A DNA stretch of 64,000 bases from Chrysomallon squamiferum (GCA_012295275.1 CM022671.1:13082001-13146000); one strand, 5' to 3'; positions 1 to 14,052 are shown, numbered from the stretch's first letter. Program-made: numbers and translations. The notes: generated from the letters alone by a model not told the origin.

Positions 1-3000
1 GCTTCATAACAGCTTGCTCTGATTAGCACGTAATTTTTTTAAAGTTTCAAGCCCATGTTGCCCATTTTGTGATTCCTACTTACTTGTTACTGAATTCTAC
101 ATATTACTAGTTAATAAATCTATATCTTACATGTGGTTATGTATTAAGATGTAATCTACATACATCTTTCTAGGTACATTTTCAAAATGTATTTATTATT
201 TTTTAGAAATAAAACTTCTCAATGAATGTTTTCTTGGCAATAAGTTTCTTTAATATCAATTTCTACATTTCATGTAACAAGATACTCAAAAAGTCATAGA
301 ATTTTGTTGAAATTGTAAAATTAATGGATGTGTCTCATGTTAATATTTGTGTAAAGGTTTGCCATACATGTTTGTGTTTGCCAATCTTTTTCAAATGTAT
401 TTTCCATTACACATTTATCTTATCTGTGTGTAAATAACTAAAAATAAAAATCATGGTTTTGCAATCTTTAAGCTTCAGCTTTTCCTATAATTATGAATAA
501 CAGATCCAGGGGATCAAACTTGACCCTAACGTTAGTCAGTTAGTTGGCTTTCTATTGTTTATAAAGACTGTTCTGACGAGTAGTCCATTTGACATTTCTG
601 ATTATTGTGAAATGCTTAGTGAAGATACCCTTGGGATCATCCTCATCTTGAAGGTCTGGACAGAAGGAGAAAATATCTTATTGAAATTTATGTCACATGG
701 GTTGAAAATGTTTGCCAAAAGGTAATTGATGGTTGATGGTAACAGAGTGAAGGAAATGATGGAAATACTGTGGTAAAGATGCATGAAGCTTGTAGTATCA
801 TTTGACTGGATTACAAATGCGTGGTTCATGTTGTCATCATCTGTTATGTCAATTCATCAATATTAGGTATATTTCATTTTGAAATTATAACTGATCCTCA
901 CAGAATTAGCTTTGTCATGATCACTGACATTTTGAATCATTTTACTTTAATAAGACACCAGTGGACATGCAATATAAATTTATTTCTGTGTTTTTTTAAA
1001 AATATTTTTGTTTTTTAAAAGTGCCTTTCTATCTGTGGTGGTAATTCTTTCTTCCCATGTGAGTCTGCTGGTGTCTTGAAAGGGGCCAAAATTAATTCAT
1101 CTTAAATCTGACCCACTGAAGATCAGTGGATCACAATTCTGAAATTACTCCCATTAATAATTGTTAATTATTTGTGTCCCTGAGTAAAAATATTCATCAA
1201 TGAGCAATAAATGTTTCAGGTTTACAATCTCTATATTGAGGTTTATGTCCACTGTGTCACTGTGCTGCAGTTTGCCTTCGAGGCACATTATGAATATAAT
1301 TATACTTTTAATAGTCACATTCGGGATAAATGTAGCCAAAATATGTGATATGATTAAATTTGAGCAACTCTTGTGATTTTCAGGTTAAGATTAATTAAAA
1401 ATTTACATTTATATTTAGACAATAGGGGGACTGGAAATTATTTTTCAAGGCCTCCAAGGAGAAATTGTTTTGATGAGAATTCATACGAAACCATGAGAAT
1501 TTGTAGAAATCTTGAGAAACACTAATTATCAAATGTGTTTTTCACTGCTATGGTTAACATACAATCTGTTTGCAGTAATAATCTGGTGACCATTATGTTT
1601 GAGAAATTTATATAATCCTTGGTTTAACTCTTAAGAGTGTTCTTCTAGAATTTTTTCTGAAAACAGTATAAGCTGAAGATCATTCTTTTTTGATTTAATA
1701 TTAATAATATAGTAACCATTCTTACATTATAATAATTATTTTACATTTTATGTAAAGATGCTGAATTAGAATACTTCCTGAAAACTTAAAAAATGCCATT
1801 GTTTATTTTAAAAATCCTTATAGTATTAAGTCATAATAGGGTAATTATAAAAATATTACAGTTATTATATTGATATAGCAAAAAGTGTGAAAAAGAATGG
1901 TGGAAGAATCAAAAAACCAATAGAAAATGTGTATGTATGCTTACACATTTGTACATCTGCAGGTGTGTGTACTAATAATTTAATTGAATTAATTGTTTAT
2001 CATAAAGAAAGCACACGGACACCACAGATAAGTAATTATATGTTTAAAAATGTGAAATAATAGCTATAATCTGTTTGAACAGGCAGATATATTTATAATG
2101 TGTCTTCCAGGAAACTGTCTTAGATTCAGATTCATTACACACTGTTGGCACCAACCTGTGGTTTCTGTGAGAATACTGTTGTTTCTTCTGCATTGTATTA
2201 TTTGTCTATTTTGTGGATTTTAACAGTTTTGCAGTTGCTTTTTAAAACTTACTTCAGATCTATTTATTATTTTTTTGAGGATTTTGTTTGTCAAGAGTTG
2301 TGTCCCTTTTGTTGGGTTAAACATTTTTCCTTATTTTTTGCAAATTTACGTATCGAAGTATACTTATATTTATTCATTCATGTATCCATCTAAATACACT
2401 CAACACACACACACACACATTTTCACAAACACAATATATGCAAGCAAAAAACAAAAAAATAAATTAAAAATATGTTAAGGTGAGAGAAGAGTTGCAAGTT
2501 TAGATAGTAAGTGGTTAATGTATCATCAGCATGTTTGGTTTCATAGTAATCAATGAATTCTGATTAGCTGGGTAAGTACTTTTTCAGTTCTCAGTCAGTT
2601 ATATAAGGATGCCTATATATTCATGCATATGTAGAGTTCATACATATAATATGCTATGTAAATAGTACATAAAATACACATGTAGAAAGGCAGTCACAGA
2701 GACACATATATAAATAAATACCTATTATATTTAAATGTGAAACTTCTGAAAATGATGTATTACTGGATTTCTAATAAGTCTGTCTCTATGTTTTTAAACA
2801 GATTTAAATATAATTCCTGGCAATCAAAATTGACTTTAATTACTTGTTGTGTAAAGAGAACTATAACAATAGCACATTTGATTCAACATAAGTGTTTTCT
2901 TTCACCATTTCAGCTTTATTTTTATTTTAGTATGTGGAATGGTTGTCGAAATAGATCTGAAAATTGGTGATAAAAAAATGTCCACTGTTATATGAAGATG

Positions 3001-4305
3001 ATTTTATATATGTATATATGAACATAAAAAAGGATCTCTACATTTTACAATTTATATATTGGTAAACTTTATTATTAAAGGAATCCTAACAAAGCTGAAT
3101 GAATAAATGAATGTTCAGTCTCAGATATATGCCAGATCAAAGTACGTGAATATTTCAAATTTACTAAAGTTTTTGAAGGATAATTACGTTTGTAAATATA
3201 TCTTCTACTTCCTTTCAAAACTGGATGGACAAGGTATATCTAAGTTTAAAAAAAAAATGTTTCTATGACTTTATTTATAGAACAGTGAGTGACTAACTGG
3301 TTATCTTATCTTTCAGCTGCTCTAACATTTTTAAAATTATTTTTCTCTCAGTGTTGAATGAAACTGTGTTTTTTAACAGTCTTCTTGAGAATATGATTAT
3401 CTGATAGTCACTTCCCATTAACTGAGCATTATTTTAGATAATCAGCTCAGACTTCTAATGAACAGTGATAACCAGTAGAAAGTTTTACATTCTGTTTATG
3501 ATGTATATCATTATTATTTGCTTTAAATCCTGTGTGTGTGTGTGTGCAGAGCTCATACGCACTGTTCTTACTTCTAATTACATCATTCACATGTCCAGTG
3601 ACTATACAGTTTTCAAGACACTTCAAGTCAGAAATGCCACTTTTCATGTGTATGCTCTGCTAGCAGTGTTAATTGTTTCTTTAGTCTGAGCTGTAGTATA
3701 ATATATCCTAAATAAAAGTACTTTTGTAATTTTCTTTGAAGTTTTCCATCTGACCTGATACAAATGAAAATTGTTTTCAGAAAATTATGCACTATAAACA
3801 TATATTTCATACACACATGACTCCACTCAAATAATCATTAATAAATAAATAAATAATTTTTTGAAATTGTGTAGATAGGTTGTGCCTGCAACCTCAGAGA
3901 ATCCTAAAGTAAGCTCTTTTGTTTCTAATATTTTTGTATTTAAAGGAAATGTGACACTTATGTTGTTCAGTGCTGTCTAGCTTTATAAAGAAACATACAA
4001 AACCAAAGCAAGAACATCGTTTTCATTTTACACTTTAATTAAACAAAATGGTTTTCTTTAGATGTTCTTGAGTGTATGTGTGCGTGCATACATGCATATA
4101 CACATCTATAATGTTTTGGTGATATTTATATATGATGTACAAATACAACACTGGGACAATATCAGAAATGGTAGCACTACACTGTGGTATGGTGGCACAC
4201 GCTTTGATAGTACAATATTGTGGTATACTGTCAATAATCCTATTACATTATACAAATAAATGGTAGGGCAGCATTATGCTAAAGTGTCAGAATTATGATA
4301 TGGTG

Positions 4306-5544
4306 TCTAATGTAAAATTACAATCATTGTGTTCATATTGTCAAACACTTCAGTTTGATTGGATTTCTCTAAGTGCCTTATTTCCTATTCCAAACAGTAA
4401 ACCATTAGCTTTGGTACACTGTCAGTAATGGCAGTACAAAACTAGTTCATTGTTAATACTGATAGCACAACACTATTTTATCTTATTATTGCAGGTATAA
4501 CATAGTTATGGAACATTGTTGTGTAACCAAGCTGTTGGTTGTATGTTGATGGTTTAATTAGTAGCATTCCATGAAGTTTATTTGTTTCACTGCTCATTTA
4601 TCAGGTAAATACATACAACCTGGCTGAGTGAAACTGGTGTCTTGATGCTACAGTGTTTAAAAATTGTTGATAATATTGCAGGATCTATTCACATTCTAGT
4701 ACCATTATATAGAACCTCTACCAGCAATTTTCTTTTGGTTTATATTCTTTAATTTAAATTGTTCTTAAATGAGGAGATATGGCAGATATCCCTTATTCTT
4801 TACAAGTATGTGTATGTATGTGTTGTCATCATCACAATAGTTAGAAAGAAGAATGGATAAAATAAGAAACAAACTGAAAATCACTGCCAGAAGAAACCCT
4901 GGTAACCAATGGAGATGAAAACTGAAGGTTGCCATTATACTAACATATCTGGTAAAAAAAAAAAAAAAAAAAAAAGTTTGATCAGACTGAACTGATGCTT
5001 TTTACTTGAATTTTCATATTAAACTCTAATTGAAATCTCTATGAATTATAATTCTTTTATTATTAGTGTAAATAAACAACTGTGAACCATATTATATAAG
5101 TCAGGATAAATGTAAATATTTAAAAGAGCAGGCACAGAACTCTTTAGAATGGGAAATAATGTGGATTGAGTAATATATTTATTAGATATTTACTAAATAT
5201 TTCTGATATTATCATTTATTTATTTATTAATTTATTTTTATTTTTTTGTGTATTAATGTGTGTTATGCATTGTTTTAAATGGGAGACCTGTAGCTGACTG
5301 AAATATTTCATACAACAATCCATGATCATATTGTTAGAATTGAAATATGTTATTAGAAAATCTGTAACAGATTTTCTAATAACATCGTTAATGATGTTTA
5401 TTTAAAATGGGCGAGTTAAAAGACCAAAATATTTGATAATTTTTGACAGTTTACTTTTGGAATAGGAAATAAGGCACTTAGAAAAATTCAGTCAAAATGA
5501 GGTGTTTGACAACATGAACACAATGACTGTCGTTTTACATTAGA
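4306..5544. repeat. Pair of ~97-bp inverted repeats (4306-4402 and 5449-5544) ~1.05 kb apart; MITE-like or two opposed copies of a short repeat
   Basis: Seen: left arm tctaatgtaaaattacaatcattgtgttcatattgtcaaacac...ctaagtgccttatttcctattccaaacagtaaac is the reverse complement (with scattered mismatches) of gtttacttttggaataggaaataaggcacttag...gtgtttgacaacatgaacacaatgactgtcgttttacattaga. No clear TSD. Confidence 0.85.
5347..5385. repeat. Perfect 19-bp palindromic inverted repeat with 1-nt spacer
   Basis: Seen: atgttattagaaaatctgt-a-acagattttctaataacat. Confidence 0.95.
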
Positions 5545-7139
5545 AACTTAGAATTATTGATTATCTATATTTCAGCAAATATCACACCAGTGTCACCCAA
5601 CTGTCCTAACATCTGTCACCTTGGTATTTTGGTAGAATGCTGTAACACAAACACTTTAAAACCTTATATAATGATTTGTCCACATATATCAAAAGAATCA
5701 GCCACTTAAAACTGTCAACTGATATTTGTAAAACATAAATATTTTTGCTTGTTACTTATGTGATTTCAGTGTCTGATGATTAAATCTTATTGTGTTTACT
5801 CTTAAATTGGACTTAGTTTTTTGATAATTGTAAAAGACATGGCTTCTTTTTATCAGGTGAGCTTTTATAAAGATATACTTTTCCTTCCTTAATCTTTACT
5901 GTTATAATCTATATTGTTTAGGTATTATATTTTATTCCAATCTATAGTATTAAAATAAGCTGTTTTACAAAGTATTTTGTAACAATTCATGTTCTTTAGA
6001 ATATATTTTGTTAGCACATATTTTTAATTGTTTAAAAAATTACAATGATAACAATAATCAAAACATCAACAACACAAACAACAACAATAATATAGCAAAA
6101 CAAAGTATTATTTCAATATAATAAAACAAAATATATAAATGCCCTAAATAGATTTGCAGACTTCGAATTTTGAACAGAACTCATAATTAACATTGATTTA
6201 TACAGTGTTGACTTTTGTGGTGGTTTCTAATTCATTCATTATTATCTGCTTCACTGGTCACTTTACAGAGGAAATAGAGATGTTAAATGTCAGAGAAACA
6301 CTGCTGTATCTAGCAAACTAATTCTTCTCTGGATAGTCTTGGACAAAACAAAGAGGTTATACATCTCAATCTCTCAGTTAAAATTTTTTTTTTTTAAATG
6401 TTCTATTTAAAACAGTTACTTACTGGAAAAAGGTTTCTTTAAAAAAAAAAAAGTCATTGGCCATCTTTGATTTTGAACAGTTATTTGTCTAGTGTTAAAA
6501 GTAGATGTGAAAAGTTTGGATTAGAAAACAATTTGATAAATTTGTATTTTATAACAATAATAATAATAATAATAATAATAATCATAATCATAATCATAAT
6601 CATAACCATCATAATTATTATTGTAATTTATTAGCCTTCTGTTGATTTTCAACCATTTTAACAATTACTGTGTTTTACTAAGAAAAAATAAAGCTTGTGT
6701 GATTTAGCCACTAAATATAGAAAAAGGTTTTAAAAAATCCTAGAATAATTCAAATTATTTAAAGCTCGAAATGAAAGTAACTTCAATTAAATGTGTTAAA
6801 CCATTAAGAACTGTTTGTCTTGGGGATAATTAATCTATGATGGGCAATATTGTGAATCCAGTTGTGGTAATGATGAAAGATTAGAAAGAAAAAAGAAGAA
6901 GAAGAAAATATTTGCAAAATGAAAACACAATATTTTGTAATAGTTATTAGGTAGCTAGTAATACACTTTTAATGTGAAGAAACTTTTTTTATTAGATTTT
7001 AATGAAGATGGTGATGTCTTACTATAGCAGATAAAATTGGGTGGTTCGCTGCAATATTGATTTATTTCATTTTTAGATGTGACTCAGAAATTATTTTTGA
7101 ACTTTACAAAATAACCAAATATTGTTCAGGATATTTTCA

Positions 7140-7613
7140 TTTCACAGGAATTCCATCAATTTTCAAATCTTCCCATTCCATTCCCTGCACCAGAGCAAAA
7201 ACCTTGTAGCATGGAAGATATTACTTTTTTTTTCACCAGATTCATCTGAACCCAAAATCAATAGAAGCCATTTATCTGCAGGGATTTCATGAAGAGAACA
7301 GCATTAAGATGTTCTTTGCATTCCTGCAACAGCAGAACATGATTTTGCTGCAAGTCATTTTTCCATGATACTTTTCCATGATACTTTTCCATTCACACAC
7401 TGCTGTTTTCAGCCAATGTCTGGCTTCCTAGTGGCTGTTTATCCATTATGTATGTCAAGAGTATTAAATTGATGTCACCAGTTCATTTGATCAAAACACA
7501 TTTCCTTGTTGACGCAATTTATTCAGAAAAAGGGCTGGTCAAAGATGTTGTTTTAAAGTTTGTTCTCCCTCTAATGATGATACAGTGCATGACATTTTTC
7601 ATAAATTCTTCAG
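7140..7613 (-). pseudogene. Decayed Chapaev/CMC-like transposase core fragment (copy 2)
   Basis: Minus-strand reading across frameshifts gives ARHWLKT (7403-7427), EIPADKWLLLILGSDESGEKK (7227-7290) and LVQGMEW (7173-7195), in the same order as the remembered invertebrate consensus RRWLK ... IPxDEIWVKLGGDKGGGSFK ... LQGMxW. An AG acceptor after a T-rich tract precedes it (ct at 7614-7615). By-eye match only. Confidence 0.45.
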
Positions 7614-7646
7614 CTATTTATAGCAACAAATGAGAAAAAAATAAAA

Positions 7647-7648
<2 letters not shown>

Positions 7649-7690
<42 letters not shown>

Positions 7691-7697
7691 TAATAAT
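7649..7697. repeat. (AAT)n microsatellite
   Basis: Seen directly. Confidence 0.95.
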
Positions 7698-8714
7698 GAG
7701 TAAATAACAAATTTCTCAAATATTTTAAAAATTAATTAATACCTCTTTGTAGCAACAATTGTGATAAAACAGAATTTTAAAAATAAAATAAGTGACAAAT
7801 GTCTTAGTTTTTCTATTATTACTTTTTAAATTATCAGTACAGTTTTTCACGTACTCAGTTTTGTCCAGTTTCATGATATTGTTATGGTGGCTCACAACAT
7901 CAAAAACCTGAAAAGCATTTATAGAAATGTCATTGTTACCTTTTAGCAGTTCTCATGTTTTCATGCATAACACGTTATATCAAGTACACAGACAGTAAAA
8001 ACAACAGGTATCAATATTATAGTAGGTACAGACATGTTATAGTAGTATTATGCAGTGGTAGATTGTTTTAAATTTTATATTATATATAATTTTATATGTT
8101 GTTTCACTAGTTTAGACTTTAATCATGAGTAAAATTAAGGTGTTGTGAAATTGTACTCTGTCTTTTAAACACACCAAGTATTAGTAAAATATATTATTGT
8201 AGGTTACTGCACAAATTAGTTTACCTGAAACCGATTCATTTTCAGATAATGTGTAGGCCTACCTATAGGAAGTATCCATACATGGCACAATTAATTCTGC
8301 ATTAAATGTCTTCAGTGTCTCCTATAGTCCAGTGCTCTTTAGCTGCTATAACAAAGTCTTACAGCTGATTTATATTTTTAAAAACTGCTAATTTCTGGTA
8401 CAAATTTTGTTAAAGCATATTTGTGGGACAGTAGATTCCTTGCTGCTAATTGAATACACATTCTGTTGTATTCTGATAACTGATTTTTCCCAACTTACAA
8501 GCTGCCTAACACCAAGTAACTGTGTATTGACCACACATTACACAAAACTTTTCTACCTTCCTTTTTTCTTGAATGATGCATATTTTTTAAGGAACATAAA
8601 TAATATTTTTAAAAAATAACATGTTTTTTTCACAAGTGTTTGATAATATTAGGCAGTGACTAGCATATTTTCTTTCTTTAATGTAATATATTTCTTTCAC
8701 ATTTTGATAGTTTA

Positions 8715-8938
8715 CCAGATATTGCCATTCACCCCATCTGACATGTTTGGTAAGTAAATTTCTGTTTTTTGTTAAGTGACAGGACACTCATTGTCTCTGT
8801 TGTAATCTTTTCTCTGTGTTTTTGGCTCTGGACCTGTTCCCACATACCAAAGTGATCAGTAGATTGTACAGATACCTCATCTTCATATTCATTGTTGACT
8901 GTTTTTTAATAGCTCTTGTCATATTTACCTTTTTGACA
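8715..8938 (-). pseudogene. Exon-like frameshifted fragment, possibly the linker exon upstream of the 7.1-7.6 kb transposase fragment
   Basis: Strong minus-strand acceptor (tttcttttttcttctctccag), purine-rich coding-like composition (KTVNNEYEDEVSVQSTDHFGMWEQ...), with stops and frameshifts. Family link is inferred from position only. Confidence 0.25.
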
Positions 8939-10359
8939 CTGGAGAGAAGAAAAAAGAAATATCTATGGTGTTAAAACATGTACAAGATTTGACCCAAATT
9001 GTTATAATGGTTTTGCTTGATCAGCAGTTTTATTTTAAATTTTTGTATCCAAGTTTAAATATTATTTATTAGTGATTAAACAGCAACTTTGTCAAGCTTA
9101 AAACACGCAGTAAAAACAATAGATTCAGCCCTTTAAGCACATGAAATGTTTACCATTAAGTGATTCCTTTATTTATTTATTTTGTGCGGTCTTGACGTGT
9201 AGATTCAGACAGTCTGTTGATGAGTAAATTGAAGCAATTTCCTCTTATGCATAATACGGTAGTTTCCTCATTATTTGTTACTTATTTTCACAAAATGCAA
9301 TGGTTCTTTTGTTTATCAATACATAGATGTAGGCTTGTCACTCTGCTAAGGACACCAAGTTAGTTTCATATTATGAGTTGCCTTTGTACAAGAACTCTAC
9401 CATTGTGCAATGTTCTTATACCCTAAATACATCATTTTTGTTTCAGATTATATTATTTGGCTGCTTCTATTTAAAGTTAGACTGATATATACAGAACTAT
9501 TTCATCATCATTATGCAGCTGTACATATCTATTTTAAATTATATTATTTAGCAATCTCAAGTTAGACAAATTAGTCATAATGTTAAAATCATTTAAACTA
9601 AATGTAGATGCTTTTCATCATCATGAGGAAATTCTTTTTTCAAAACAGTAATTAATCTGTCATATTATGTGTATGTTCACAAATGTGATGTCATATTTTT
9701 AAATTAATATATGCATACCAAGCTATTCATGTATTAATTTATATATTTTTTTATAAAGTTTTGTTTAATTAATATACACCATTTATGTGACAGATAACAA
9801 TTTGATTTATCACATTCATTTTAATTAATAAATCATATTATCAAGTTGCATTTTTGTAATGATAAATTTATTATGTTGAGACTTTTTATATAGATATGTG
9901 TAATATTTATCACTTTTCTTAATAATCTTTTTAATACTTCATTTGAAATATCATCATTTTGTGTTGACCAGAAATGAGTCCTTCTTGTTTTATTTGTTAT
10001 ATTGTTTCCGGTGACTGAATGTGATAAAATGTATTTAATTGCACAACTTATGTTTAATATATATTTGAACACATGTATCATGTTATACAGTCAAGATAAG
10101 ACAGATCACACTTTTTCATGAGTTGATCAAAATGTATTTACTTCCATAATCAATTTTTATATGTATATTTAAACACTTATCTTATACCAGTATAGTGAAT
10201 ATTGTTTTTCACAGAAAAGTCTTACAGAAAAGATGGATGGCATTTTTATGATATAATCCAAATGTATTTACATCTATCTCATGTTTCTGTAACAAAACTT
10301 TTATCATAGAAAATTGCTAGCTGGCTTTTTTGTTTACACTTTCTTTTAATTTTTTAACT

Positions 10360-10829
10360 TCAAATTTGGTTTCTGGGAGTGCTGTGTGACTCTGGCATTA
10401 TCCTGATTGAACATATTTGCTGCAGAATGAAATAAAAGGCAATAATACAGTTGTTTGATAGTTGTTGCTTGACAAATGACTTGCAATATTGCCATCTTCC
10501 CATCAATCTTCAAAATTCCAACATCTGAGCTAATTTTGATCAACCTGGCTTGTCTAGTGTGGCTCAAAACTGTCTGATAGCAGAAATGCAATTACACTGA
10601 CAAATTGATAACATTAGTTGAGTTGGTTCATTTCAAACTTGTGATTTTCCTGGCCCCTATTATCATTGTCTGTGTTCAGCTTCCTAGTACTCATTTTTTT
10701 CTCTTTGAGCAACAGAAATGGAACCATTTTATTCCAACCACTTTCCAGTTTGCTTATAGCCAGTTTAATTTTTATGTCATGTATGACATTAGTTTAGCTT
10801 TGAACAATGCTTTTTCTTTTTTATTTCTT
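10360..10829 (-). pseudogene. Decayed Chapaev/CMC-like transposase core fragment (copy 1)
   Basis: Frameshifted DIKLNW / KWLE*NGSISVAQREK / KM...DN, then ORF 10346-10591 QARLIKISSDVGILKIDG..LQVICQ..CLLFHSAANMFN..HSQKPNLK. This is collinear with the remembered consensus IPWNK..RWLK..GISLASEKK..DN / RL..IPDDEIWVKLGG..FQICN..CVF..F.A.D...N..Y..Q...L. AG acceptor at 10830-10831. Confidence 0.45.
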
Positions 10830-11776
10830 CTATAATTTGGTAATACAACAACAACAATGACAACAACAACAATAATAATGATAATAATAATAAAAATAAT
10901 AAATAAATAATAAGAATTTGAAAAGGTGTGTGTGTGTGTGTGTGTGTTTAAGGTATCATAGCAATAATTTATTTACTACATAATAATGATACTGATACAG
11001 AAAAAAATCAGTTTGCCTAAAGGCTTTCTGAAATAAAATTTAATAATAATAAAAAGTAAATCTAATTTGAATACTATCTTTAGTTAACAATGTAATAAAA
11101 TGTTTCAAAACAAAAACTAAATTATTTATAGAACAGTATACAAGCAAATTAATTACAGCAATATAAAATAAAAATAATTAAAACATCCATTATGTTCTGA
11201 ATAGAGAACTCTTAAATAAGTTTACTAAATTTAGGGAGTTCACTCAAAATTTCAAAATGACTGAATTTCTGAAACAGCATTTTGAATTTTGTAAATTGGA
11301 TAAGAAGTTTAAGAGCTAAGTTAAATCAAAGATGCTAAAATGCCAGATATTTTTTAGAAAAAATGAGCCAGTAATTGTTACATCTTGGAACAAACGTGGA
11401 ACCAAAAATATCAAACTTTTCTGTTCTTGTACATTTACATTTCTAGTTTCATCAGTTTTTATCCAATTGTTGTCAAATGTGTCAACTATTAAAGACATTA
11501 TGAAAGTCAGCTATCAACATTTTATTATCCAATGTAATGACCTTGACCTTTTTTGCACATAATATAGACATGCACGCACTCATCTCTCAGCACAGAAAGT
11601 GAAAATAATGTATTGCTGCCGTAACATTTGAAAACAAATTTATATATAGCTGATCCCCACTTGATACAGATAAATAATTATGTTTTGTATAGAGTATAAA
11701 GTATACTAAATATTATATTTGTTTTTAATAATAAAAAGTGTAATAATGTAAACCCAATAGACGAATGAACTGTTAG

Positions 11777-11887
11777 CCCCTACAAGTACAATGCAACTAA
11801 CAACCCAACACCCCTAACAAATATGGAATAAATTTGCCCACCATTTTGAAAGAGCAGCAGAGCGTTCCATTATAGTATTGAAGGGGG
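11777..11887. mobile_element. Possible ~110-bp piggyBac-type MITE
   Basis: Seen: ttag|cccctacaagtacaatgcaac ... gttccattatagtattgaaggggg|ttaa, i.e. imperfect CCC-start TIRs and a TTAA on the right (left TTAG, one mismatch). TTAA target and CCC termini are piggyBac hallmarks. Confidence 0.4.
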
Positions 11888-13336
11888 TTAATATTTTCAT
11901 AAATTACGCTAATTTTTTTATTAAATAGCATTAAACAAAATTAGATTCATTTGATTCAGTTAGATTCAATTAATTGTCTTCTGAATTATACAAGCTATTT
12001 TCACTATTGCAGATGAAAAATCCGCTATTTTAATATTTGTTCGCCGTGTGTTCGTTATATCAGTTCATAAACTTTGCAAGTAGTACTTCAGCCCTATTTG
12101 ATCTAGAACTAATATATATGTGTTCAGAAGATATTTATTTACATAATAGGAATAGTGATATCAATTTAATTACATTTAATTCCTGGAAAATTTTGTTTTT
12201 TCTTCTTTCTTCAAGAAATTACAAGTTAAAAATAACTCTGACATTGTTTTCACTATGACCACATAATGCAGACAGGAATTTCCTTCCAAATGAATGCTCA
12301 TTAGTTTATTTGTATGTACGGGCTGAAGGCATAATCATTTGTTGAAGTAAAAGTCTACTAGGCCGCACAGAAAAATGGAAACGCACTGTTTTATTTGTTT
12401 TATATATCTAAAACACAGTATTAATAACATAACACAATTACAGTAATATATTTTAATGACATTTAATCAACACTTTTGTTAATTTCTGTAAATAGTATTA
12501 AAGCTCATTATGTACAGTTTGAATTGAAAATGATGAGCTGTTATCAGTAAAACAAAGGAATTCGCATAACGTCATCTGGGTTTGGCAAACTCCCTACTAA
12601 ATGTATATAAATAGTTTCCTTACTCATAAGAGAAATGAACATAATCAATTTTTTCACAAATAGTAGCCATGATGGTAGTAGTATTGGTAACAGTATTGCT
12701 AGGAATAGAAAAAAGAAGTGTTAATTTTTAACATAGTAGTAAAAGGTCCAGGTTACTTCTCTAATTTGATGTTTGTTAATTCAAGCATCTGACCAGTGGC
12801 TGTTTGTAAATCAAACATATTGCTTGTCTGATATTTTGATGAAACATTTTCAAATTGGTTACAACTCGTGTATTAATGGCAACCAGGAAGATAATGTGTC
12901 TGCTACATCAGGTGCTGGTTTTGAGGTGTAGATGGATCACATGGTGGAAATGAGCAAAATATCAGAAAAGCAGTTAGTCACATTAACAAGAATGCAGTTT
13001 TATTGGATCCTGTCAGATTTCTCAAACAGCTGATAAGTATTTGGTTGCATTGCTGGCAGCAGTTGCTAATGGGAGCAAATTATAAAATAAAGAATGTATT
13101 TTTTAGAGATAGTTAGAACTATGTCTATACTGACAAATAGTTTTAACATACATATAATTGTTCATGTTCTAATGTATAATTGTTCATGTATTAACCTATA
13201 AATGTACATAAATAATAGATACATACTTTATACATAACATACATAATACATACCTAAATTTACAGAAAAACATTAATACATTACTTACATATAAATAGAG
13301 AGATAGCATAGCATATATACATACATGTATGAAAAA

Positions 13337-13730
13337 GGGTCATTCCGTGTCAAATCACCCCAAAATTTTTGTTTTTAAACCTGCCATCTCAGATTTTTAT
13401 GATATACATGTTGACTGGGATCCCACAGCAACAAATCCGAAATTTTAGCCCAATCGGACCAGTGGAGATACTTCCCCAAAAATTTTGAGATTTTCACCCA
13501 AAATGGGTCTGACCATCAACCTTTGAACCCTCATATCTGAGGAACTACTGGGCCAATCTTTATAAAATTGGTATTGTTGAAAAGGTAATATGACAAGGAT
13601 TCCAAATCTGCCATTATTGTTCAGTTTGTATACACTGAGCTTTTGACCTTTGTTATGACCTTGAAATTGACCTTGTGGACCACATGACCTTGAGATAAAC
13701 CTTTCACACAGTGGACTAACGGACAATTAG
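13337..13730. mobile_element. Unclassified DNA-transposon-derived repeat fragment
   Basis: Abrupt GC/CpG rise starting gggtcattccgtgtcaaatc, with tgacctt motif clusters. Shares segments (ggtat...gaaaa...attccaaatctg...ttttgaccttt) with 22520-22800. Superfamily not determinable. Confidence 0.6.
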
Positions 13731-13967
13731 TACAACACAACTCATGCTACTGAAAAGTCATGTATTGCCAGCATTTGTTTGATTCCATCTGTTCTGACTG
13801 GAATTTGCTTACAAAAAAAAATCACAAAATTTGAACATACCACCATTTCCCACTTGAAACCTTACCTCAAAGTACTGTTGAGTTATACTGAGTGACTATG
13901 CAATCATGGTAACATTCTTTTTACTAATTTTGTTTTGTTTTGTTTTTTGTTTTGTATCTTAGAAAAC

Positions 13968-14052
13968 TTTATTATTATTATTATTAGTATTGTTATTATT
14001 ATTACTATTATTATTATTATTTTGTTGTTATTGTTATTGTTATTGTTATTAT
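13968..14052. repeat. (ATT/GTT)n degenerate trinucleotide microsatellite
   Basis: Seen directly. Confidence 0.9.

Noticed and set aside
2930-3233. Plus-strand coding exon (AG...GT bounded)
   Set aside because: Stops in all three frames and no recognisable motif.
7150-7230. KDZ-like reading GFCSGAGNGMGR / IFHATRFLLWC
   Set aside because: Isolated resemblance in alternative frames; the Chapaev-like reading explains more collinear motifs.
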